The notes: a model not told the origin generated them from the letters alone. A stretch of DNA of 63,356 nucleotides, filler included, from Octopus bimaculoides (GCF_001194135.2; 9 parts of 9 records of this genome joined end to end with filler, not necessarily neighbours in it); one strand, 5' to 3'. Counted from the first letter of the whole stretch, positions 1-12,750 are shown. Program-made: numbers and translations.

Positions 1-884
1 AATAACTAGGCATTGGAAATTGCTTATAGAATTTTTAGTGTCAGTGAAGTCATGACGAAAACATTTTTTAAACAGACGACACTAATGGGGATTTTTTATT
101 TTCTTATTGTCTTATTTCTTATTTCATATTTTCCAGATAGCTGATCACTTGACTGTTCATGAGTGAGCTAATACAGAAACACGCTATGAAGTGTGGAATT
201 CCATTGTTTTGGTTCAGAGATGGTGGCATGCATAGAAATGTAGACATGCAACGTTACGGCCGGCGACAATAGAAAGTTGTCATGCAAAGTTGATGACCAT
301 GGTCTCAATGAACGAAGCAAGAAAAAGTGACCGTCCAGCCACATTTCGATCAGCGGAGAACGTGGCAACATTGCAGGAAATGTTTAATCGCAGCCCGCAA
401 AAATCAACACGTCAAGCAACTCGTGAAAGTGGACCAACAAGATACACAATACGTACGGTGTTGCATAAAGAATTGAATTTTCGTGTGTGGAAACCCCATT
501 ATACATGCAGGAGCTAAAACCAGAAGACTGTGACCGCAGAATGGAATATGGAATGGCCCCCAAGAAGTCCAGATCTCACTACATGTGATTTTTACCTGTG
601 GGATTACACAGAAAAGGTGTACAAGACAAAACTCCGCACACTGGGAGACTTCGAGACACTGGCTCGGGAGGTTCTCAATGATATTCCAGATGACGCCCTT
701 CAGAAGGTTGTTCATTCCATCCCTGGACATTTAAGGAAACTGGTTGACGCCACTGGTGCTTACGTTGAAGCATGAATTTCCCATTTAATAAAGAACACGT
801 ATCATTTGTTTCAATAAATTTGTCAAAGAAATATGGATTTTATTATCACTTTTTAATGCCTACTTACTTTTCACCCACCCTGTA
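1..884 (+). mobile_element. Tc1/mariner-superfamily transposon, internally deleted and non-autonomous
   Basis: The right end reads ...TTAATGCCTACTTACTTTTCACCCACCCTG followed by TA (883-884). Bases 1-14 match the inner half of that TIR at 12/14, so the left TIR starts just before the window. Frame 290-517 has the DNA-binding-like segment SPQKSTRQATRESG..TIRTVLHKEL. Frame 530-775 has the C-terminal WPPRSPDLTTCDFYLW..EKVY motif. The intervening catalytic segment is absent. Confidence 0.85.
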
Positions 885-3440
885 TGTATATAAATATATA
901 TACACATACATAGATANNNNNNNNNNNNNNNNNNNNNNNNNNNNNNNNNNNNNNNNNNNNNNNNNNNNNNNNNNNNNNNNNNNNNNNNNNNNNNNNNNNN
1001 NNNNNNNNNNNNNNNNNNNNNNNNNNNNNNNNNNNNNNNNNNNNNNNNNNNNNNNNNNNNNNNNNNNNNNNNNNNNNNNNNNNNNNNNNNNNNNNNNNNN
1101 NNNNNNNNNNNNNNNNNNNNNNNNNNNNNNNNNNNNTATATATATATATATATATATATATATGCGTTGATATACGTGGGTGGCCTGATGTGTATGTTTG
1201 TTCCTTGGAATTTTCATTGGTTCTGTATGATGTAGGTGGGGGAGTATTATTGATTTGTTTATAAGGTGGTGGGGCGGTGGTAGGCGTTTTTGCTTATTTG
1301 TACATTTTTTGTATATTTATTTACTTAAGTAATTTTAGCTTGTGTGTACGTGTGTGTAGGTGTTTTCAATTAGGTATTGCGAATAGTTTCATTTGGTGTG
1401 TTTTCATCTAATCTTTATAGAGTTTGTTTTTACACGAATGACTGCATGTGTGTGTATTCGTGTGTATATACGCACTGAGTCACATTCTTATGCCTGTTAC
1501 AGCTGAACCCCCATGTCTGTGTTTGCTGAACTACACAGTCAAGCTTACGTCTACTGACACACAGTCAATTCTATACCCGCTGAGTCTCTCTTTTGACCCA
1601 GTTTTGATTCTGTATCAAGGGGAGATAAAAACGAAATCAATGTGGCTTAATTTATTAATGAATAGAGGCAAGCTGCAAACGATAACTATCTAGTTTATAT
1701 AATACAAGTACTCTTTCTCACTTTTTCTACATATATATATGTGTGTGCATGTATATATATGCATGCATGTGTGTATGTAAATAGGTATTATGATGCATGT
1801 GCATACACACACACATGCACACACACGCACACACACGCACACACACACACACACCTACACAAACATACATATACATTTATATATATAGATGTATATGTAC
1901 ATCTTGCGCTAAATATATATTTTAAACATTCATAATAAAATAGGTGAAGAAATGTGGTCTGGTAGATAATGGTTTTGGTTAATATCAGGATCGAAATATA
2001 AAAAAGGAGGTAAGTTAAATGAGTTTAAGATCTTGACCTTGCTGACTCTTAAAATATTAATTAATCTGACTAGCTTTCATTTATTGTGGTGCTAGTTATT
2101 AGTTTAATCAGTTATTTTGTTTATTTTCCAGCGGCTCAAAACTGACCAGAATATCGGTAAAGAAAGTGAGACTTACATAGCATAAATAACTTTTGATCTC
2201 TTTTAATCATGTAAAAGGCCATAGATTTATAGAATTCATAGAATTTGTTCTGCCTGAAACACCAGAATTCACGCCTTTTTCAATTATACGAATCTTATTT
2301 TATAAATTTTATTAATTGATTTTATATTGGCAACACAGACTATTACTAGTTTCATCGAACGTTAGCCTTCATCACATTTTTCTTTCTTTTTTTATATTTT
2401 TATTTATTTATTTATTTATTTTTGTCTCATTACATTCACAGTTTGAAAACGGTAATGAGATTCTGTGATATTCATAAACTTTGTTAGAGATTAAGCAATT
2501 TAATTGATCATAGAATGATTGAAACACTAGAATTACACCTGCTCGCAGTCTCAGTTATTTTATAAATTCTATTGAACAAAGTTCGACTCCAGCCGCAACA
2601 AACTTAACAACAGCAGAGGAACGATTATTTTAACACTGCCCATTTTATAGGACAAAATCACCAACACAGGAATAAGATATTCTATTTTATTTTATCTACA
2701 TATCTAATATTTAAACTTTTAAACAGAGTTTAAGGCAGTAGCGATGAGTTTTTTACAGGATATCTAAGATTGGTGAGAGGACGTTGACCTCAAACTAGAA
2801 AGCTGTTCTGAATGTAGATGAACTCCACAAAGGAAACACAAGGGTATTGGCGCTAATCCAGATAATAGAGTAACTAACATCTAAGATTAAGATTAATATA
2901 AGATATTGCCCAGCCAAGAAATGAATATCTCAAATCATTCTCTGATTTCTTAAAAAAATATTGGACACATCCGATAATGTAGTCTTCGATAGAAAATGTC
3001 TGGAGAAAAAGAAATATGTCTGGAATATCTTATTATACAGGTCTGCTTCATTGTTGCTATATTACAAAAATAAAATATCTTCTTTGATTATAAGTTGGTG
3101 CCGAAGCGATAACAATCTCGTAAACGTATAAGGTTTGTCCTATTCTTCAATGCCAGAGTACTGAATAAAATAAAATTGGAGACAGTCTTCTAATTAGTGC
3201 GTCTACAATCTGGAACGAGAAATACTAGTATTTTCACTGGTGATATTGCAATAGTGATGTACGAACCGGTTACAAAATGACCGCCAAACAAAAATGAAGA
3301 AGAATGTCGAAGCTAAATATTACGTGTCTTTATTAAAGAGTAAAAGCTATTCATTGAGCAAATGAAAAGGAAAAGGATGTGACAAAGAGATTTATATCGC
3401 TTGTTGAGCTATTATTATACATACATACATACATACATAT

Positions 3441-3473
<33 letters not shown>

Positions 3474-3739
3474 CATACATACATACATACATAATACGTG
3501 TGTGTGTTTGCGTGCGTGCGGATTAGGCGCGTTAAGCAGTGATTTATTTAAATATATGAATGTTATCAGTTCAAATATAATTGAGTAATATTCGAACCCA
3601 TAAGAACATTATTCACTGCATTTTGTCATGGAGAAATATTCTCGTTGAAGATAAAATGGTGTAAACATATAAGGTCAATTCAAAGTACATTCTATCCATA
3701 TCGATGGTTAGAGAGCACCTTTCTCGATAAGAACAGCCT

Positions 3740-3938
3740 TCTCGCGGGTTCGAACAGCTATGCTATGGGGAGTGAGTAAACCAACATCGGTGGGGAACAA
3801 GCACAAAGACACACACCGGCTTTGATCGACCTTGGGCTATAGTGGAAGACACTTAATCAAGGTGTCATACTGTGGGACAGAACCCAGAGCCATGTGGTTG
3901 GGAAACAAACTTCTTACCACACAGCTGCGACTGCACCT
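3740..3938 (-). mobile_element. Degraded tRNA-derived SINE, family A, 5' part
   Basis: Reverse complement resembles the 5' half of the copy at 37122-37525 (GTGTGGTAAGAAG...GGTTCTGTCCCAC...GTGTCTTCCACTATAGCC). Confidence 0.7.
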
Positions 3939-3955
3939 AAATATATACATTAATT

Positions 3956-4080
3956 TATCGACTCTGGGAGGATGAAAGGCAAAGTCGACCTCGGTGGAAT
4001 TTGAAATCAGAACGTAACGACGGGCGAAATGCCACTAAGCATTTCGTCCAGCGTGCTGAAGATTCTGTTTGCACGCTGCC

Positions 4081-4082
<2 letters not shown>
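3956..4082 (-). mobile_element. SINE family B, partial
   Basis: Reverse complement aligns to the 5' two-thirds of 4500-4709 (GGATGAAAGGCAAAGTCGACCTCGG on plus). Confidence 0.75.
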
Positions 4083-4147
<65 letters not shown>

Positions 4148-4177
4148 TGATGATGATGATGATAATAATAATAATAA
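4082..4177. repeat. Compound microsatellite (AAT)n(GAT)n(AAT)n
   Basis: Direct reading. Confidence 0.95.
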
Positions 4178-4179
4178 TC

Positions 4180-4370
4180 CTTTCTACTATAGGCATAAGG
4201 CCTGAAATTTTGTGGGAGGGGATAGTCGATTACATCGACTCCAGTGCGTAAATGGTACTTATTTCATCGACTTCGAAAGGATGAAAGGCGAAGTAAGCCT
4301 TGGCCGCACTTGAACTAAGAATGTAAACCTGGAAGAAATGTCGTTAAGCATTTTGTCCGGAGCAATAAAT
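4180..4370 (-). mobile_element. SINE family B, degraded
   Basis: TTTCTACTATAGGCATAAGGCCTGAAATTTTG is the reverse complement of the family B 3' end; the core GGATGAAAGG is present. Confidence 0.75.
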
Positions 4371-4499
4371 AACGACGACATCTGTGACGAATACGATGAT
4401 GGAAATAATGACGGTGATTATGGAAATGATGATAGAGATGATGATGATGATGACATGATATAAAGATGGTATGACATGATATGATGACATGATATGAAG

Positions 4500-4709
4500 G
4501 CGGCGAGCTGGCAGGAACGTTAGCACGCCGGGCAAAATGCTTATCGGCATTTCGTCTGTCTTTATGTTCTGAGTTCAAATTCCGCCGAGGTCGACTTTGT
4601 CTTTCGTCTTTTCGGAGTCGATAAATTAAGTACCAGTTGCGTACTGGCGTCGATCTAATCGACTGGTCCCCTCCCCAAAAATTTCAGGCCTTGTGCCTAG
4701 AGAAGAAAA
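4500..4709 (+). mobile_element. SINE family B, full length with 14-bp target-site duplication
   Basis: B-box-like GAGTTCAAATTCC at 4571-4583. GACATGATATGAAG flanks both sides exactly (4486-4499 and 4710-4723). At least five other copies occur in the window. Confidence 0.85.
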
Positions 4710-5837
4710 GACATGATATGAAGATGGTGGTGATGGGGATGAGAATAAGGAGAAAGAAGTGAACGCGGAAGAGAATGGTGATAAGGTGGTGGTAGTGGTG
4801 GTGGTGGTGGTGGGTGTATATACGATTGTGACAGGTTTGGTAGTTGTGATGATAATGGTGATGATGACGACGATGATGATGATGACATGCAGATTCCACA
4901 AAATATAAACAACAATAACAATAACAAGCCTTACTCATCCTCATCCCCATCTTCGTCATCATGGCCGTGACCGCAATCGCCATCAACAGCAACAGCATTA
5001 GCAACAACAGCAGGAGCAACTACACCACCACCACCGCGGCCGCCGCCACCGCGACGACGACGACGACCACCACCACCACTACCAGAACAACAACAACAAC
5101 AACAACAGCAGCAGCAGCAACGGCAGCAGTTTAAAATAAGCCGCCATATATTATTTTATTTAAGATACATCTTTGAAGTTTTGATATATTCTATCGTAAA
5201 GAAATTTGAAAGAGAAAAAACAAATTTAAAGTTATATCAAAATAGACAAAAAAAAGAATAACTGTTTATTCCTTGCTACCCCTCCACTTCTATGTCCTGT
5301 ATTCCCCACCCCTTCGTCCCTCTGTCTTCCTATTGTCGTTGGAAGATGCTTATTGCAATAGAAACAAAAAGGAATTCATTTTATTTATTTATTTATTCTT
5401 GTTTTGTTTTACTATTTGTTTCCAAATTTACATATTTTCACTTTCACTTTCATTATATATCGTGATTAGTTTTATTGTTTGTTACTTTATTTTTTTTTTT
5501 TGTTTTTCTAATATCCAATCTTGAGAATTTACAACATATTTTCAAAGATGGTTTGGCAGTAAAATTATTGGTTTCAAGCTATTGCTAACCACCAGTAATA
5601 TCTCGTCTTTATTGGTAACAGAGGAACAAAAACAGATCCGTTACAGTAGAAACATAGAAGTCACTATCTTACATACATAAATACATACATGCATACTCAC
5701 ATACATATAGATATTCATATACATACATACATACATATGTGTGTGTATATTCTTTCGATTATAGATATATAATAGACGTTAAAATACAACTATTTACAAA
5801 TACTTTGTAATATAATATACAAATATGCACACATGCT

Positions 5838-5928
<91 letters not shown>

Positions 5929-6447
5929 ACGTATGTATGTGCATAAAAATGCACCTAATATTATTTGAGTGCTTATTAAAGTTTGCGTAGCAATATTGTA
6001 ATATCTTACATTTTAATGTGTGAGTGTGTGCGTGTGCATGTATGTGCGTGCGTCTACATATGTGTGTGTGTGCGCGCGTGTATGTGCGTGTGCGTGCGCG
6101 TATACAGCTGGGTATACAAACGAAAGGAAAGAGAACTCAATGCATGTCGCAGAGGCTAACTGTTTGTATCAACAGTTGAACTAAGTTTGACACGACGCTG
6201 ACGCAAAAAGCATATCTTTACGAATCTGAGTAAATCTTTAATATACTCTACACAAACATATACATACAGACGCACGCGCACACACACACACATGTACACA
6301 TACACACACGCACGTATATACATACATTCATACATGCATATATGTGTGCGTTTGTACCCCCCCCNNNNNNNNNNCACACACACACATATATATATGCGTA
6401 CGTCTGTATGTGCACGCGCGCGCGTGTGTGCATATGTGCGTGTTTGA

Positions 6448-6572
6448 GGGCGTATGGCCTAGTGATTAGATTGTTGTGCTCACGATCGCTAGATCATGGA
6501 TTCGATTCCCGGACAGGGCAGTGCGTTGTGCTCTTGAGTAAAACACGTCGTCTCCCGTTGCTCTGCGACACC
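6448..6572 (+). mobile_element. tRNA-derived SINE family C, 5' part
   Basis: A-box-like TGGCCTAGTGA (6455) and B-box-like GATTCGATTCC (6499), then GCGTTGTGCTCTTGAGTAAAACAC, shared with the minus-strand copies at 27240 and 29040. Confidence 0.7.
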
Positions 6573-6739
6573 TTAGATAGATAGATAGATAGATAGATAG
6601 ATATCTCTACAGAGGGCAATACTTAGAACCTATATACATATACAGGAAGTAATCATAACTAAAACTCTTTTATTTATCTTCATTATAATGTTTTTAATTT
6701 TGGCTCGCTGTAGCTGAAGTTCGTATGTATGTATGTATA

Positions 6740-6990
6740 TGGCTTCAGAGTTTTAAAATCGTTATAGCTAACATATACATTCATTCAGATTGTGGAACAA
6801 GAGAACTCCACCTTCCTGTCCAACTGCATCTGGAAACTAAGGGACCGCGGAACTGAGCGTGCCAACATAACCTGGAATATTGTGGATAAAGCCCCAACAT
6901 CTTGGTCTAGAGGGGAGAATATTGTATGCTCTGAGTTCCTGAAACAGCCAGCGGTTTACTCAACCGATGAACCAACGTATTAGTTATTTG
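6740..6990 (+). mobile_element. Penelope-like element fragment, GIY-YIG endonuclease C-terminal region, decayed
   Basis: Translation F.NRYS*HIHSFR then NSTFLSNCIWKLRD...ITWNIVDKAP matches the Penelope pattern FK.RY.NH..SF...N.T.LS..IW.LK.....I.W.I...A. Confidence 0.65.
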
Positions 6991-7709
6991 TCGTAAAAAA
7001 AGGGATTAAATCACATTATTTACCACTTTTTAATTCGATTATTATGTGCATTTGTATGTGTATGTGTTTGTGAGTGAGTGTAATGTGAGTCCGTGCGCGC
7101 GTGCATTTGTGTTTGTGAAGAAAGTTTGGAATGTACAAGTCATATGTGTGTAACCTATGCTACTATGTTAAATAACTGTCCAGTCAACTTGTTGATAAAA
7201 ATGGCGCAGTTATAACTGAGGAGAAACTCATTGACTTTTTTTATTCAATAGAATGTGTTTTATAGACTGTAAAAAATATCGAGGTTGTTCAGTAGGCGAT
7301 ACATGCGCAATTTATGCACATCATGTTGTCTCCAGTTTAATGCTTTTATAGTTTTTTTTTTTTAATTTAGTGTAGGACCAGGAAATGCTGGCATAACCCT
7401 TCATAAATCTAATGAATTGTTTTTTGTATGTAGAAACAGAGGTAGACAGGTAGACAGGTAGACGGATGAACGGATAAAAGATTTTGAGATGAAGAATAAG
7501 ACTCATGAATCTGTCTATGAATGTCATATATATGTACATACATATGACCGATAAGCCTATACCAAAACTGATATGCGTATGTATGTTATTTATGATTATA
7601 TATGCATGGTTTATGAATATATACTAGAACTGTCTGTGTATTATACGTATACATGTATGGTTTATGTATATATTCTAAAACTGATATGTATGTGTTTACA
7701 TATATATGG

Positions 7710-7793
<84 letters not shown>

Positions 7794-8569
7794 NNNNNNN
7801 NNNNNNNNNNNNNNNNNNNNNNNNNNNNNNNNNNNNNNNNNNNNNNNNNNNNNNNNNNNNNNNNNNNNNNNNNNNNNNNNNNNNNNNNNNNNNNNNNNNN
7901 NNNNNNNNNNNNNNNNNNNNNNNNNNNNNNNNNNNNNNNNNNNNNNNNNNNNNNNNNNNNNNNNNNNNNNNNNNNNNNNNNNNNNNNNNNNNNNNNNNNN
8001 NNNNNNNNNNNNNNNNNNNNNNNNNNNNNNNNNNNNNNNNNNNNNNNNNNNNNNNNNNNNNNNNNNNNNNNNNNNNNNNNNNNNNNNNNNNNNNNNNNNN
8101 NNNNNNNNNNNNNNNNNNNNNNNNNNNNNNNNNNNNNNNNNNNNNNNNNNNNNNNNNNNNNNNNNNNNNNNNNNNNNNNNNNNNNNNNNNNNNNNNNNNN
8201 NNNNNNNNNNNNNNNNNNNNNNNNNNNNNNNNNNNNNNNNNNNNNNNNNNNNNNNNNNNNNNNNNNNNNNNNNNNNNNNNNNNNNNNNNNNNNNNNNNNN
8301 NNNNNNNNNNNNNNNNNTATATATATATATATATCAGAACATCATTGAGTGGGGAAGGAGTAAGAGATCTGACAGTGTCTCTATTCATTATTTATTTCCA
8401 GATGTCTACGTCTTTCATATCACACTATCTCTGTTAACTCTACACTATTAGAATCTGCTCTATGTTACATCTATAACCAACAATTACGATATCATCATCA
8501 TTGGTGAACTAATGTATATTCTGTCATTAATTACCTTTATATATTCAATTAAGTATAGCGTTTTGTCGT

Positions 8570-8760
8570 TGTTACTGTTGTTATTTCTGTGTAATCCCAA
8601 GTTGACCTTGGCATAGCAGAACTATGGCCAAAACCATGACCATCCAATCTTATTTTGAAACATAGTACATCCATAACTACTTTATTCCATTAGTAATACT
8701 TTTTTCAAAATTCTAGGGTGTGATTTGGGAGAGATTTTGGATGCTATTTCTAGTAAGGCA
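8570..8760 (-). repeat. Dispersed repeat family E, probably a SINE/LINE 3' end
   Basis: Reverse complement has CTAGAAATAGCATCCAAAATCTCTCCCAAATCACACCCTA, similar to 39588-39620 and 47360-47390. Confidence 0.5.
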
Positions 8761-9384
8761 TAAATACAGACAAAGATTCAGACATCGACTGTTGTGCATT
8801 AAGAAGTATTAGTAGTATGCCAGAGGATGAAGACAAAAAGAAGAAAATACGGGAGAGACTAGTTTCACGTTGGAAAAGGAGAAAATGTCTTGACGTTTCA
8901 GACACTTGTTCTTCATTTGAAATATAAAAAGAACGAAAATGAGGAGATGAAAAGAAAGAACAAAATGTCCAGATCAACATCCAGATCAAGGTCCATATGT
9001 TGCTGTTACATCACAAGAATGGGAACTATCCCTCCGACCAGTTTTCATATAGTTTCCGTCCATCAAATTTCACTCTCAAGTTTTTGGTGGATCTAAGGCA
9101 ATAGTAGAAAATACTTACCCGAGGTACCAGGAAATAAGTTCGAACTCGAAGCCTTGCAATTGGGAAGCAAACTTGCAGACAACAATCCTGTACTCGTTTC
9201 AGATATGTGACCGTAAAGACACCGCCGTCATTTTCATTTTCATTCGGTGGGGGTACATTTAACTTGAAACTCTACATTGCATGTTAACAAGCCATTCCTC
9301 CCTTATACAATGACTCACTTATACAACAGTGTAGAGCACGGTACGCAGTATAAACCTAGTTTTAGTGTTACTGTCCTTGTTACT

Positions 9385-9560
9385 GTTGCTGTTGTTGTTT
9401 AGCCGCAAGACAATGCTAATTGAGAAACTCCATGATTAAATATGTTACATCCATGAATATTTCATATTTTTATGTCTCGCTCTACATCCAATGTGTCCTT
9501 AATTTTTTAAGATATCATTTGAGGCAGATAGTTACTCCTGTTTCTGGCAGGTCAGTAGAC
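9385..9560 (-). repeat. Dispersed repeat family E, degraded
   Basis: (AAC)n-type tail GTTGTTGTTTAGCC and ACATCCAATGTGTCCTT correspond to 39640-39790 in reverse. Confidence 0.45.
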
Positions 9561-9694
9561 TGTTTAATAACGAAAAGTTCCCTAAAAGAGGGAGACTTCG
9601 TAGGGCTTCTCGTGGAAACCCACACAAAACCACAGTCGCCTTGACCACTAATGCAAGTGCCCTCTCCACATCGTCTTCTTTCAATCTACAGGAG

Positions 9695-9870
9695 AAGCTT
9701 AGTGTAGGCTCGTTCACTCGGACCATTCCGCCTTGAGGAAAGATGCCTTGAGGAAAGATGCCTTGAGGAAAGATGCCTTGAGGAAAGATGCCTTGAGGAA
9801 AGATGCCAAGTATTGATGGTCGACCTTACCGAAAGCTTTCAATTGATCTTAATCAGAGCCCCGCTGATGT
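9695..9870 (-). mobile_element. Tx1/L1-like reverse transcriptase fragment with internal deletion and tandem expansion
   Basis: Minus strand reads GALI.DQLKAFGKVDHQYLASFLKA (cf. LDQSKAFDRVDH.YL), then jumps to VRVN. Confidence 0.7.
9730..9807. repeat. Perfect 15-bp tandem repeat GCCTTGAGGAAAGAT x5.2
   Basis: Five identical units at 9730, 9745, 9760, 9775 and 9790, plus GCC. Confidence 0.95.
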
Positions 9871-10665
9871 TGCTGCTTTTTGTTATAGTTGTGTTTGTTT
9901 TCGTATTCGTCTGCTCCATCATTGCTACTAGTGGTAGTTAAGCTGGTGAGTTTAGAGCTGAGGTAAGTGGAATCGCCACTGTTTAGTATCGTAGCCAGGG
10001 GTTTCATTTCACTGCCTATCACTTCATACCGTGAAGTGGGCGTGCGTGTTGATGCCGTCATGATTTTAAACAATAAAATTTACGATATGGTGAAGCTTTT
10101 ATTATAAGAAACGTGCTCCTTAGGGCTCACAATTACTGCCTCCCCCTTTACGCGGTGAAGTAGAGTCTTTACTTAACGAAACGCCCAAAAGATTTTTTAA
10201 CAAAACCAGAAGCTATTTCCAACAAAAACAACTAACTTTATATGAGCCGAAGCGAAGCACATCGAATACAGAACAACGACGACCACGATGACAATGTAAG
10301 ATGATAATGATAATAATGATGATGATGATGATTATTATTATTATTATTATGATGATGATGATGAAACAAAATTGAAAGCACTTGTGTTTTAACCATACAT
10401 TCACACACATAAACACACACACACACACCACACACATACACTCACACATACACACAGACGTGCACATACATGTACTATTATTATGCACATTTACTCGATC
10501 ATTCACCATCATTCACAACTAAATACATTTACACGATCATTCGCATGCATTCACTATTATATACATTAATTCGGGCATAAGCAGGCATTCACATGCACAC
10601 GCATATACCCAAAGGCACGCGCACATTCACGTGCACACACACACGCACACACACACACGCACATA

Positions 10666-10745
<80 letters not shown>

Positions 10746-11370
10746 GTGACAGTAAAATCAACATTGATTTATTTCATTGCTGTCATCATATGAAAATTCT
10801 CTGAGACTAATTTCCGCTTGCCATATTATATGAATCTAATTGGTCAAACCTGTCGTTAGACAATAAGAAGAAGCAGGAATGACTGCATTTGGAGTACAGA
10901 TATAGAAGGTATGGGGTTGGTAATTGTTTGTTACAAGAAAACTTTGTAGGTTTTCTCTCAGAAATGGCAAACTTGAATCACTTTGCTCAGTATTGAAAAC
11001 CGATACAGGTGGAAATTAATTTTTATTTCTTTGTGCTATCAACAACGACGTCTTCACATATTGTTGTATATGACGATAAACGTGAGAAATGTTGAATTTA
11101 GATGGATAATTTAGCAGCAAATATTTCTCTATTTCAACTGTTAAATGTAAATCTGCTCAGGTGTTTATGAAGTTAAAGGATCTTCAATGTTGCAGTTGTT
11201 GTTGTTTCTGACGTTATTGTTACTTCTGCTAGTGTTGTTGTGATGTAGTTGTTTAGCTGTACACCGCCGCTGATCTGGAAGACCTATGGACGACAATGTT
11301 CCGACCCAAATATCTAAGACTATATTACTCAGTGTCTTTAATCTTTTAAATGGTAGGCTAGAAAGGAGTC

Positions 11371-11408
<38 letters not shown>

Positions 11409-11685
11409 NNNNNNNNNNNNNNNNNNNNNNNNNNNNNNNNNNNNNNNNNNNNNNNNNNNNNNNNNNNNNNNNNNNNNNNNNNNNNNNNNNNNNNNNNNNN
11501 NNNNNNNNNNNNNNNNNNNNNNNNNNNNNNNNNNNNNNNNNNNNNNNNNNNNNNNNNNNNNNNNNNNNNNNNNNNNNNNNNNNNNNNNNNNNNNNNNNNN
11601 NNNNNNNNNNNNNNNNNNNNNNNNNNNNNNNNNNNNNNNNNNNNNNNNNNNNNNNNNNNNNNNNNNNNNNNNNNNNNNNNNNNNN

Positions 11686-11720
<35 letters not shown>

Positions 11721-11721
<1 letters not shown>

Positions 11722-12141
11722 CTCTTTTACTCTTTTTCTTGTTTCAGTCATTTGACTGCGGCCATGCTGGAGCACCGCCTTTAGTCGAGCAAATCGATCC
11801 CAGGACTTATTCTTTGTAAGCCTAGTACTTATTCTATCGGTCTCTTTTGCCGAACCGCTAAGTTACGAGGACGTAAACACACAGGCATCGGTTGTCAAGC
11901 GATGTTGGAGAGGAGGGGGGACAAACACAGACACACAAACATATATACACACACATACATATACATATACATATATACGACGGGCTTCTTTCAGTTTCCG
12001 TCTACCAAATCCACTCACGAGGCTTTGGTCGGCCCGAGGCTATTGTAGAAGACACTTGCCCAAGGTGCCACGCAGTTTGACTGAACCCAGAACCATGTGG
12101 TTGGTAAGGAAGCTACTTACCACATAGCCACTCCTGCGCCT
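11721..12141 (-). mobile_element. tRNA-derived SINE family A, full length
   Basis: Near-complete reverse-complement match to 37122-37525, from AGGCGCAGGAGTGGCT to the AAGAGTAAAAGAGT tail. Confidence 0.9.
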
Positions 12142-12454
12142 TATTTTCTCATTTGATTCCCAATTCTAATAATTTTATGTTAATGTCTGCCGTCGAGCCT
12201 TTGCTGCTAAATGTCCTTTTTCAGTAGCATATCTTAGCATTCTTTCGNNNNNNNNNNNNNNNNNNNNNNNNNNNNNNNNNNNNNNNNNNNNNNNNNNNNN
12301 NNNNNNNNNNNNNNNNNNNNNNNNNNNNNNNNNNNNNNNNNNNNNNNNNNNNNNNNNNNNNNNNNNNNNNNNNNNNNNNNNNNNNNNNNNNNNNNNNNNN
12401 NNNNNNNNNNNNNNNNNNNNNNNNNNNNNNNNNNNNNNNNNNNNNNNNNNNNNN

Positions 12455-12532
12455 GAGAGAGAGAGAGACGGGTGTGTTGTCATGTATACGTACATACATA
12501 AATAAATATGCATACATCTTTTGGCATGTGTG

Positions 12533-12596
<64 letters not shown>

Positions 12597-12750
12597 AAGA
12601 AAGAAAGTGAGTGCCTCGTAGACATCACTCTCTCTATTCTTTCTCTCTCTCTGACTCACACACACACACACGTACACATACAAAAAGATGTGTGCATATG
12701 TATTTACGTATGTATGTATACATGACAACGCACCCCTTCACTCACTCTCT
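12455..12750. repeat. ~300-bp imperfect inverted repeat (fold-back)
   Basis: 12470-12489 and 12716-12735 are reverse complements with 1 mismatch, and similarity continues inward. (GT)n(GA)n on the left faces (CT)n(CA)n on the right. Confidence 0.85.

Noticed and set aside
2132-2165. Possible microexon after TTATTTTCCAG; similar isolated signals at 9890-9962 and 54768
   Set aside because: Isolated splice-like motifs with no recognisable product or consistent chain.
9730-9807. Regular short repeats suggestive of a CRISPR array
   Set aside because: The units are directly adjacent with no spacers, no cas genes are present, and the context is eukaryotic.
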